Assembly: GCA_045105515.1 (NCBI GenBank)
Contig: JBGCDR010000014.1
Coordinates: 1 to 10,029, forward strand
Reading direction: 5' to 3'
Length of the DNA: 10,029 nucleotides
Source: Oligoflexales bacterium
Lineage (GTDB): Bacteria > Bdellovibrionota_B > Oligoflexia > Oligoflexales > Bog-1112
The position numbers were made by a program, and so were the translations under genes. Under the pieces are notes generated by a model, which saw only the letters and a list, made by a program, of their open reading frames with translations, did no database searches and was not told the DNA's origin. Shown here one piece after another: positions 1 to 7,350 of this stretch; positions within the stretch are counted from its first letter, which is position 1, and every line of letters begins with the position of its first letter.

Positions 1-228
1 GCCGGCGGCCCTACGCTATGCATCTTATGTTCCACAGATGATATCGGCAGCTACTGCCAGCGGCAAACCGGGAGTTTTCTCTTGGGCGGGCGTTCTATTT
101 TTTGTTCGAAGCCACGATCGTTGCTGCAGCGCCGACTTTGGTCTCTTTTATATCGCCAAACTCGACGCGGATCCAACTGCGGAATCCGGCAGTGATGTAG
201 ACGGCAGAAACATTGGAGGGCATCGACT

Positions 229-504
229 ATGATCTACTGTTTGCGACACAAAAGCTACCGAGGAACTACCGCACCGTCGATCGCCTGCAAAACCTGCTGT
301 CATATTTTTATCGAAGAGGTCAAGCGCTGCCGAGATGTCGGTGAGCCGCTTCCCCTGCACCAGGGTCGTCCGCAGCCCAAGCTGCGCGGTCGCCCCTCGG
401 CCTCGCTTCCACGCCGGCTTTGTCAGCTGCTTGCTCAGCGCCGGCTCTTGGCTCAGCGCCGGCTTCTGAGCGCCCAAGCCGGGCGTGGAAGGCCGAGCTG
501 CTAA
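229..504 (+). CDS. Small hypothetical host protein with a possible Zn-binding N-terminus (C-x2-H ... C-x2-C-C-H) and a low-complexity C-terminal tail
   Basis: GGAGG Shine-Dalgarno ~216-220 precedes ATG 229. N-terminus MIYCLRHKSYRGTTAPSIACKTCCH has clustered Cys/His. The C-terminal part is repetitive and its reading frame is uncertain. Confidence 0.45.
   Translation: MIYCLRHKSYRGTTAPSIACKTCCHIFIEEVKRCRDVGEPLPLHQGRPQPKLRGRPSASLPRRLCQLLAQRRLLAQRRLLSAQAGRGRPSC
433..474 (+). repeat. Short imperfect 18-bp tandem repeat (~2.3 copies)
   Basis: GCTCAGCGCCGGCTCTTG / GCTCAGCGCCGGCTTCTG / AGCGCC, encoding LAQRRL-LAQRRL in the 229..504 frame. Confidence 0.7.
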
Positions 505-528
505 AAGGCAGCGATCGCCCCAGGGCCG

Positions 529-557
529 TTGACTTTAGCGGCGGCTGGGGCTAAGGT
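529..557 (+). promoter_or_regulatory. Sigma70-type promoter of the tRNA gene
   Basis: TTGACT (529-534), 17-bp spacer, TAAGGT (552-557), ending 13 nt before the tRNA 5' end. Confidence 0.65.
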
Positions 558-570
558 CGGCTGTTCCAAA

Positions 571-647
571 GGCGAGGTAGCTCAGCTGGTTAGAGCGCCG
601 GATTCATAACCCGGAGGTCGAGAGTTCAAGTCTCTCTCTCGCCACCA
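571..647 (+). tRNA. tRNA-Met (anticodon CAT), probably elongator type
   Basis: 77-nt cloverleaf. Acceptor stem GGCGAGG/TCTCGCC, D arm GCTC...GAGC, anticodon arm CCGGA-TTCATAA-CCCGG with CAT at 605-607, T arm GAGAG-TTCAAGT-CTCTC, encoded CCA end. A G1-C72 pair and no run of three G-C pairs in the anticodon stem argue against the initiator. tRNA-Ile2 is not fully excluded. Confidence 0.95.
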
Positions 648-652
648 TCAAG

Positions 653-688
653 ACCCAGGAATTTGTTTTGCAAGTCCTGGGTTTTTTT
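653..688 (+). terminator. Rho-independent terminator downstream of the tRNA
   Basis: ACCCAGGA (653-660) pairs with TCCTGGGT (675-682), with inner TTG/CAA pairs, followed by a T-tract to 688. Confidence 0.8.
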
Positions 689-757
689 GCGTTTTTGCTA
701 TGAAAGTATTGGGAAAGACTTCTTGAAAACCTTTAGTACGTGATTGATGAGATTCGC

Positions 758-1939
758 TCATTCAGCTCCTTTCTGTGCCTGGTCAGTTACGTGATGACAT
801 CTTGGTAAGTTGATGTAACTAGCAGTTTTATCGACCACTCCATCAAACATGTGTTGCACTGGCCTGGCGTACCTTTCCGTTGTCTTACGGTTTTTATGTC
901 CCATGTTTGCCTGAATAGCAGAGATATTCCCTTGGTTAGCAATTAGCCCTAAAGTCGCCCAAGTATTTCGTGTAATTCTGGCCCCTGTCCAATCCAGACC
1001 ACTTCTCTTGAAAGACCTTGTGAATACGTCGTATATCTTGGTTTGACGAAGAAAGTTACCATCTCGGTTATAAAACACTAGCGAAGTCTTAGCCGAATGG
1101 TTAGCCCTCCTTCGAGTAAGCAGCTCCACTAATTCTTGCGGGATCGAAACCACCCTTATTGATTGTTCTGTTTTGGCTACTTGCTGAAGGTAAGGTTCTT
1201 TAGAGTTAAGATCCCATGCTAAAGTACGAATAACACTAATAAAGCATCCTTCCAAATCCACCGCATCCCAATGCAAACCACAAGCTTCTCCTAAACGCAA
1301 GCCTGTGAGAATCAGGAACAAGGCAAGATCATAATACACAGGGTATTCGTGTTTTTTAAGATCACCTAACCATCTAGGTAGATCTTCTTTACGTACGTAA
1401 TAGTCAGGACGACGTTGGGTTGCACCTGGAAGAGAACAAGCTTTTCTATGTTTTTTTAGGATGGGTACGACAAATTTATAGTCTATCTCATTTCTATACC
1501 AATTAAGCACGATACTCAAAGCCCTTAGTTCATGTTGAAAAGACTTTCTATTTGGATTAGATGCAGTTGGGTGCTTGTGAAGCCACTTCATCCACTCATC
1601 AATATGAGCTACTCCAAATTTGGTCATGGCTATAGAACTGATAGGAGAGTCGAAAAAATACTTGAACCTAACACTCATAGACTGTTGAGAAGACTTTCTA
1701 AGCTGTGGAAGTGCTTCCAGTTGGTATTTTTTTACACAATCACTGAAAGTTAGATCTAAAATATGATTGCTTTTTACACCTTTTTCTAACTCCTTTTTCC
1801 TTTCCTCATGCCAGAGGTAGGCTTCTGCCTTTGTCTCAAAACACTTACTATCCAATCTCAATCCATTCACATATATTTCAGCTTGATAAAAGACAGTCTT
1901 TTTGCCTTTAGCTTTGCGGGATCGTTTAGCTACTCCCAA
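758..1939 (-). CDS. int: Tyrosine recombinase / phage-type site-specific integrase
   Basis: LILTGLRLGEACGLHWDAVDL (R215), K256, box II RITRNTWAT (R324), MGH (H348) and TTERY (Y357). N-terminal arm-binding-like region (SKCFETKAEA). TTG start overlaps the upstream xis gene. Confidence 0.95.
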   Translation of the reverse strand: MGVAKRSRKAKGKKTVFYQAEIYVNGLRLDSKCFETKAEAYLWHEERKKELEKGVKSNHILDLTFSDCVKKYQLEALPQLRKSSQQSMSVRFKYFFDSPISSIAMTKFGVAHIDEWMKWLHKHPTASNPNRKSFQHELRALSIVLNWYRNEIDYKFVVPILKKHRKACSLPGATQRRPDYYVRKEDLPRWLGDLKKHEYPVYYDLALFLILTGLRLGEACGLHWDAVDLEGCFISVIRTLAWDLNSKEPYLQQVAKTEQSIRVVSIPQELVELLTRRRANHSAKTSLVFYNRDGNFLRQTKIYDVFTRSFKRSGLDWTGARITRNTWATLGLIANQGNISAIQANMGHKNRKTTERYARPVQHMFDGVVDKTASYINLPRCHHVTDQAQKGAE

Positions 1940-2160
1940 GGTTTATTTTCCTTTCGTTTTACCCAGTCCTCAAAACTTTCCATGCGAATAAAATTGGTGT
2001 TGCCTAATGTCACAAAAGGAATGATTCTTTTTGCAATCCAATTTCGAATCGTTTGGGGAGATTTCCCTAGACTTTCAGCTAACTCATCTGGTGTGAGCAA
2101 ACCACCGATTCTGTTTTCAAAGAGCACACCATTCTTATCATCTATTGACATTTTTTTCAT
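1930..2160 (-). CDS. xis: Excisionase / recombination directionality factor (HTH_17-like)
   Basis: LLTPDELAESLGKSPQTIRNWIAKRIIPFVTLG...FEDWV is a typical Xis-type winged HTH. GAGGT RBS present. Overlaps int by 10 bp. Confidence 0.85.
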   Translation of the reverse strand: MKKMSIDDKNGVLFENRIGGLLTPDELAESLGKSPQTIRNWIAKRIIPFVTLGNTNFIRMESFEDWVKRKENKPWE

Positions 2161-2371
2161 TGAAAAACCTCTTTGTTTAATGAGACTATGTTTTCTAAAT
2201 CGCTCCTATATTCTTACTTAAAACCCCTCATATCAATGTATTCCCTTCCATCAAAGATTAAACTCCGAGTTTAATTGGATCTTTAAAGACCAACTCTCCT
2301 TACCGAATACTATATATTTGGTACTTCTCAGTGGAGAATTGGATCTTGAGAAATTAAAATATTTAAACAGG

Positions 2372-3325
2372 CTATTTTTGATTTTTTATTTTCTCTATCT
2401 GAGTAGCGGCCACCTCTAAAATGGGGAGTAGCTCTTTATGCATTACAGTATATTTTAGAATCTTATTTACCCTGTTAAGCTCAACCTTGTCCAAGTTATT
2501 AAGATGAAGTATGGATTTTTCAAGTTCTGGCTTTCTTAACAGAGTTGCTTCTGCTGTCTTTGTCTGGTCCTTTTTTTCATCAGAATCAAAATATTTTTTA
2601 AAGGTATCTAGGTCACCAAAATTCAACAATATGTCTTTAAAAACTATTTTAGTGTTATGAGATGATGAGTGGACTTCAAAAACCAACTGATTTTTTTCAT
2701 CAATATCAATTGAACAGATCACTTCATCAATAAGCTTAAGAAACCGTTCGATTCCCAAACTAGGGATTTTGAATCTCCTAGGAGCAGAGTGGAATAAACA
2801 TATTGTTTTTTCATCTATCGTTTCCAATATCATCTTTTGTATGGACATTACATCGAATACTTGGACAGTCTGAAGATCATTCCTGGCAATGGAGAGTTTA
2901 CTGCAATTGTTCTCATTCCATAAGACCACCTGAATTGCATATGCTGAAGCTTCTATTATCCTCTTTTCAATTTTTACTAGAACACCAATCTCCAGATCAG
3001 CTAAATCGCTTCGTAAATCTGGGTAAAGCTTATCGAATATTTTGGTCGATATTCCTGGGTAATGAGAATGCTTACTAATAAATGCATTCAATTTTCGAAA
3101 TACTCTAAGTTGATCTAAAAGGTCTGCTTTCTCTGTTTGTGTTACACCCATCAATGTAAGCAGTTTATTGTAGAGTGTCTTTTTGGCAGGGCTATCGGGA
3201 TCAGGTGGCTTAAATCCAAAAAGATTATATACGCTGGCAACGCTAATACCCAGCTCGTTTGCATAAGTTTGATAGCAGATGTCTACCTCATTTTCATCAA
3301 CATGTTGTTTGAAAGGGTTCACCAT
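2372..3325 (-). CDS. Hypothetical protein with N-terminal HTH, possible element repressor
   Basis: 317-aa ORF with AAGGT RBS. YQTYANELGISVASVYNLF resembles an XRE/Cro HTH. It lies divergent from the main plus-strand cluster. The C-terminal ~230 aa are not recognised. Confidence 0.55.
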   Translation of the reverse strand: MVNPFKQHVDENEVDICYQTYANELGISVASVYNLFGFKPPDPDSPAKKTLYNKLLTLMGVTQTEKADLLDQLRVFRKLNAFISKHSHYPGISTKIFDKLYPDLRSDLADLEIGVLVKIEKRIIEASAYAIQVVLWNENNCSKLSIARNDLQTVQVFDVMSIQKMILETIDEKTICLFHSAPRRFKIPSLGIERFLKLIDEVICSIDIDEKNQLVFEVHSSSHNTKIVFKDILLNFGDLDTFKKYFDSDEKKDQTKTAEATLLRKPELEKSILHLNNLDKVELNRVNKILKYTVMHKELLPILEVAATQIEKIKNQK

Positions 3326-3536
3326 AAATAATACCTTTTAAACCAATATTTTTTTTAGCGAGTCACCTCGCCTCTTCTCCTTTAACTTATTTAAGTCTTC
3401 TAAAATATTTTTTCAATTATTTTTAAATTAGTTGAATTTTCAGAATTACTGGTCTATCAAAAGCAAGAAAGCTGATTTGTCGAAAGTAACCATTTCAGTT
3501 CGGGATTTTTCATACTTATAACGTGGGTAACTATCT

Positions 3537-4481
3537 ATGGGAATAAGTCTAGATTACAAAGAAAGCAAAAACATTATTACACTTGTTAACATATTCGGTG
3601 TTGATAATTTTGTTTCTATGGAACTCGAAAATTTTAAGCAGAATCTTCCAACTGTGATTCCAAAAGACACCATATCATGCCTAACAAGTGATCAATTAAA
3701 TAGGCTGATTTTAGACTTTCTTAGTTCCAAAAGAAGTGAGCTAGAGCATAAATTAGTCAATATCAACACTACGCTAGTCCCCATCCAGATCGAAAAACGG
3801 CTCACTTACTCCACAATCAGGGACTTAGCAAAACTCAATGGTCAAAGTCAACGTGAGGTGCTAGCCACCCTTGGTTACAAGCTTTCAACAGGCGAAAAGC
3901 TTTGGGAGCGTGGTTCCGCCCTGAAGATGTATTTCACAGCTTGCATGCCTGATGATTACGTTTACACCGATATCGGTGGAGGTAACGCGTTGCATAAGGT
4001 TCCAGGTTACTCAGACCTATTGAACTTCACAAATATTAGCGCAATTGATGAAACCTTGCGAACAAAAAATGTTTCAGACAGACACATGTTGTTGAAAAAT
4101 CCCACTATTCATCTGAGGGTATCCACACAGGTTCCTCCTTATAAATTTTCTGATCTTAAAGTTGAAAATATCAAACGGGTCGTCTCTAGGTTAAACTCAA
4201 ATCAAATCAGCGTATCTGAGCTTATAGGTCAAGCTAATTCTGCAAAAACAATCCCTAAAAATAATTCCACTGATGCCCAAAATACAACTGGCTCTCTTAA
4301 AATTGGTGCCACTCTTGAAGACATTAATGACCAGCAGTTAAAGCTGCTAGGTCTTTATAAAGAACTTAAAAAAACCCTACGAGCAATGACTCCAGCCCAA
4401 GATGATCGATTTCGCATTGCTGAAGCGATCCTTGGAGTGTGTTCATTAGCAAGTAAAGCTTATTCCATCTATACATCTTAA
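3537..4481 (+). CDS. Hypothetical protein (314 aa), possible internal HTH-like segment
   Basis: Long ORF in AT-rich DNA ending 19 bp before the TGT-like gene. TIRDLAKLNGQSQREVLATLG is weakly HTH-like. No family recognised. Confidence 0.6.
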   Translation: MGISLDYKESKNIITLVNIFGVDNFVSMELENFKQNLPTVIPKDTISCLTSDQLNRLILDFLSSKRSELEHKLVNINTTLVPIQIEKRLTYSTIRDLAKLNGQSQREVLATLGYKLSTGEKLWERGSALKMYFTACMPDDYVYTDIGGGNALHKVPGYSDLLNFTNISAIDETLRTKNVSDRHMLLKNPTIHLRVSTQVPPYKFSDLKVENIKRVVSRLNSNQISVSELIGQANSAKTIPKNNSTDAQNTTGSLKIGATLEDINDQQLKLLGLYKELKKTLRAMTPAQDDRFRIAEAILGVCSLASKAYSIYTS

Positions 4482-4500
4482 GATATTATGAGGGTAAAAA

Positions 4501-5559
4501 ATGAGATCAGATTACATTTTAGCTTTTGGTATAAGCTGTTGTGATGTTTTTCAAGAAGTCGTTTGGAAGCTGAAAGACCTAGACCTTTTAAAAGATGTGC
4601 TGTGGTTAATTTCATCCACTGAATGCTTGGAAAAAGAGCTGTCAGAATATTTCCAATTGGAAAAGAGTTACATTTCTTCAAATTTTATCGGCGACTCAGG
4701 AGGCTATGCTATTAGAGTCTCCACCTTTCTTCCTAATGAGGTGCCCCCATCGTTAATTTCGAAATGCTACCAGCTAAACGCTTTCTCCTTTGGAATCAGC
4801 CCCGACGCACCTATTGGTTTAATTCCATTCGAAGATATGTTGGATTTGAACAAAGTAAGGTTTGAGGAATTTTACTCTCTAGAAAATAACCATAATATTC
4901 CCATTTTTGATTGTATTCATGGTCCTATCGAAAATGACAATAGTTCATATACATTAGATTTTCGTTGGGAGTGGGTCAACATGCTCAAAACTTTAAGGGG
5001 GAAATATAGCGAAGGATATGCAGTCTCACCTTCCTTAGATTTGCCTGACGCAGTCTTCTTTTATTTGCAACCTTGGTCTATAGGCGCTAAAAAGTTGCAT
5101 TTATTGGGCAAAGGCGACATTCAGGGAATACCTCTTTACATGTATTTAGCAAAAAAAGCGGGACTAAATGTAACAATTGACGCCAAAACGTATACGATCG
5201 ATGCGATAAAATTTTTAAGGTTCATGATTCCCGATGAAAATGGGGTTCCTATTGGCATCAATATCGGCAGAAAAAAGTTTCATAAGCTTGAAGCAAAAAA
5301 GCTAGAATGCCCTTGCCCTGTTTGCCTTCATTTTCAAGATCAATTTAGAATCAGCATATATTCACTTGCTGAAGAAAATTTTCATGATCGAAGCCTCGAT
5401 GGAAGTCGATTGCTTCATACCTGGATGGTTTGTCATAACATTGTCATCCTCCAGCAGTACCAGAACAAACTAAAATCTTTCCTTTACCAAAGCAGAAATA
5501 TTTTCATGAAATACTTGCATAAAGGGAATTCAACGAAACTATCAAGGCCATTCGTTTAG
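4501..5559 (+). CDS. tRNA-guanine transglycosylase (TGT)-fold protein, archaeosine-TGT/DpdA-like
   Basis: GAGG RBS. Ordered TGT motifs: GDSGGY (D65), SPDAP (D102), CIHG (H140), KLHLLGKG (H200), TIDAKTY (D227, nucleophile position), and Zn site CPCPVC (C270/272/275) plus HN (H312). Confidence 0.85.
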   Translation: MRSDYILAFGISCCDVFQEVVWKLKDLDLLKDVLWLISSTECLEKELSEYFQLEKSYISSNFIGDSGGYAIRVSTFLPNEVPPSLISKCYQLNAFSFGISPDAPIGLIPFEDMLDLNKVRFEEFYSLENNHNIPIFDCIHGPIENDNSSYTLDFRWEWVNMLKTLRGKYSEGYAVSPSLDLPDAVFFYLQPWSIGAKKLHLLGKGDIQGIPLYMYLAKKAGLNVTIDAKTYTIDAIKFLRFMIPDENGVPIGINIGRKKFHKLEAKKLECPCPVCLHFQDQFRISIYSLAEENFHDRSLDGSRLLHTWMVCHNIVILQQYQNKLKSFLYQSRNIFMKYLHKGNSTKLSRPFV

Positions 5560-5692
5560 TCGATAAGGTGGTTGATAAAGGACCAGAAAATTATGAAAAA
5601 AGTTTGCAATTTATTCAGTTAACCTAATGCAATATGTGACAGCAGTAGGAACTTACATTAAAATCCCTCGTATTTTAAGGAGTATAACTAAA

Positions 5693-6820
5693 ATGGAAAC
5701 TTTAAATCCAACAGAAAATTTAGACTGGCTTTCTCAAATGGACATAGCCGGGGAACCACAACTACTGAAGAGTATTTTAGTCGCATGTGTTTCAAGCCAG
5801 CTACCCGATCCACTATCGATTTTTATTGGCGGAAGTTCTTCATCAGGGAAGTCCACCTTAGTAAAGGCAGTTTTGGAAAATTTAACACCTCGGTCATGGT
5901 GGGAAAACACGGTGATATCTGAAATTTCACCAAAAGTTCTTTCAAAATTTGAACCAGACTTTTTTAAACATAAAATAATTTTTATTGATGAGACTCATGG
6001 TAGGTCCGATGATGTTGACTATCAATTGAGGATTGTACAATCGGAAGGAAAGTTTCAGCGATGGGTAACTGGTAAAGGTGGCGAATCAACAAAAGAAACC
6101 ATCAATGGCCCTGTAACAATCATTGACACTACGTCTGATGACTTTAATTCGCACAAAGAGGATAATCTTAACAGAGCAATCATTGTACAAACAGATGAGT
6201 CGCAAACGCAAACCGAAAATATTCTCATTAGCCAGGCGAAGGCTATAGCTGCTCCTAAGAAAATTAATACTGATTTTTTCAAACCATATCGACAACACCT
6301 TAGCAAATTAAAGAAGATTGCTGTGTATGTTCCGTATGCAGAAAATATAATACCAAAAACACGGCGATTACAGGAGAGAAGGGATTTCCCGAAGATTAAT
6401 AGAGTGATCAGAACAATAGCACTTATGAGGCAGTTTGATAAACCAACAAGAAAGTCAGACTTGGGCGAAGCATACTTGGAAGCAGACTTTCAAGACTATG
6501 AATCAGCCTATTCCATTCTCAACTATATGTTTCAGGCTACGGTCCACACTTCAGATACCCTAAAGTATCACTTCTCTGCTCTTAAGAAAGGATTAAAGAA
6601 AAAGGAGATTTTCAATGCTAGAGACTTCGAAAATCACACAGGGCTTAAATCCACCCGCACTAAAATTGTGCTAAAAAAAATGGTTGAAGAAGGGTTTATA
6701 ACTCAAGAATCTATAGCCCGAGGAAACCAATTTGCTCTATATAAACTATCAAAAGTGGAACCAAAACGATGCAACTTCTTGGTAACGCCTGATGAATTAA
6801 AACAAGCTTTAACCAAATAA
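5693..6820 (+). CDS. P-loop AAA+/MCM-like ATPase with C-terminal winged helix, putative element helicase
   Basis: Walker A GSSSSGKST (~5831-5857), Walker B IIFIDE, sensor-1-like IIDTT, Arg-finger-like DNLNR, RRDF, and C-terminal wHTH (FNARDFENHTGLKSTRTKIVLKKMVEEGFI). Start moved from 5627 to 5693 because TAAGGAG lies at 5676-5682. Confidence 0.75.
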   Translation: METLNPTENLDWLSQMDIAGEPQLLKSILVACVSSQLPDPLSIFIGGSSSSGKSTLVKAVLENLTPRSWWENTVISEISPKVLSKFEPDFFKHKIIFIDETHGRSDDVDYQLRIVQSEGKFQRWVTGKGGESTKETINGPVTIIDTTSDDFNSHKEDNLNRAIIVQTDESQTQTENILISQAKAIAAPKKINTDFFKPYRQHLSKLKKIAVYVPYAENIIPKTRRLQERRDFPKINRVIRTIALMRQFDKPTRKSDLGEAYLEADFQDYESAYSILNYMFQATVHTSDTLKYHFSALKKGLKKKEIFNARDFENHTGLKSTRTKIVLKKMVEEGFITQESIARGNQFALYKLSKVEPKRCNFLVTPDELKQALTK

Positions 6821-6988
6821 TTCTATTGTGGCCCCATTGAGGTCACTTGCTTGGCGACCACAGTTCCCTTAATGATACCGGCATGTTAATCCGAAGCCCC
6901 TGAAAATTCAATCTAGAACGAAAATGCTCATTTTTATGAAAATGGAATCTGTAAAATGATTGCAACAATTAATATTTTGGAGGGTGCT

Positions 6989-7171
6989 ATGCCTAGAATT
7001 GTTAAGTTACACCTAAAATACAGGATTCAAAAGCGTTTTAGGACACTGCAAGATGCGGCCTTAGAGCTAAACATCAGCTATTTCAAGCTAAGCAGGTACA
7101 TTAACGGGGCCTCTAATTTAAGTGATAAAGAGCTAAAATCTATTAAAAAAATTCTGAAAGATAATAGGTGA
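6989..7171 (+). CDS. Small XRE/Cro-family HTH DNA-binding protein (60 aa)
   Basis: TLQDAALELNISYFKLSRYING is a clear XRE-type HTH. GGAGG RBS at 6979-6983 supports ATG 6989 over 6956. Confidence 0.8.
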   Translation: MPRIVKLHLKYRIQKRFRTLQDAALELNISYFKLSRYINGASNLSDKELKSIKKILKDNR

Positions 7172-7183
7172 ATCGGAGATGAG

Positions 7184-7248
7184 AATAGTGGGGAATAGCT
7201 TTATATTATGCAATACTTACCTTACGTCAAAGGAAACTTCCCACTATT
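7184..7248. repeat. Inverted repeat upstream of the Rep-like gene
   Basis: AATAGTGGG (7184-7192) and CCCACTATT (7240-7248) are exact reverse complements, with imperfect extension on both sides. Confidence 0.6.
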
Positions 7249-7350
7249 TTCTACTTCTAACCAATGAAAATAGCTCTAACACATGTTTTCCAACTTCCAA
7301 TCTAAAAATTAGCTCGCTAGAGCATGTTTTTACTGTATGGAGTATTTAAA

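Noticed and set aside
433..474. Tandem repeat as a CRISPR array
   Set aside because: Only about two adjacent 18-bp units with no spacers, and no cas genes in the window.
38..477. ORFs 38..232 (+) and 148..477 (-)
   Set aside because: No recognisable motifs. 148..477 is antisense to the RBS-supported 229..504 ORF in GC-rich DNA, where spurious ORFs are common. 38..232 could be the tail of a host gene, but this cannot be supported from the window.
619..640. GA/TC dinucleotide run as a microsatellite
   Set aside because: It is the tRNA T-stem and acceptor-stem pairing.
571..647. The adjacent tRNA-Met as substrate of the TGT-like enzyme
   Set aside because: Queuine TGT acts on GUN-anticodon tRNAs, not CAT. 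The tRNA's position is explained by its use as the integration site.
1532..3331. Plus-strand ORFs 1532..1753, 1808..2221, 2803..3078 and 3137..3331
   Set aside because: Antisense shadows of int, xis and the 317-aa gene, with no protein-like features.
3365..3372. Minus-strand GGCGAGGT matching the first 8 nt of the tRNA, as a possible att site
   Set aside because: Too short, inverted, and matches the 5' end rather than the 3' end; consistent with chance.
4501..5559. Naming the gene tgt or dpdA
   Set aside because: It lacks bacterial Tgt signatures and no dpd partner genes are visible, so a symbol would overstate what the sequence shows.
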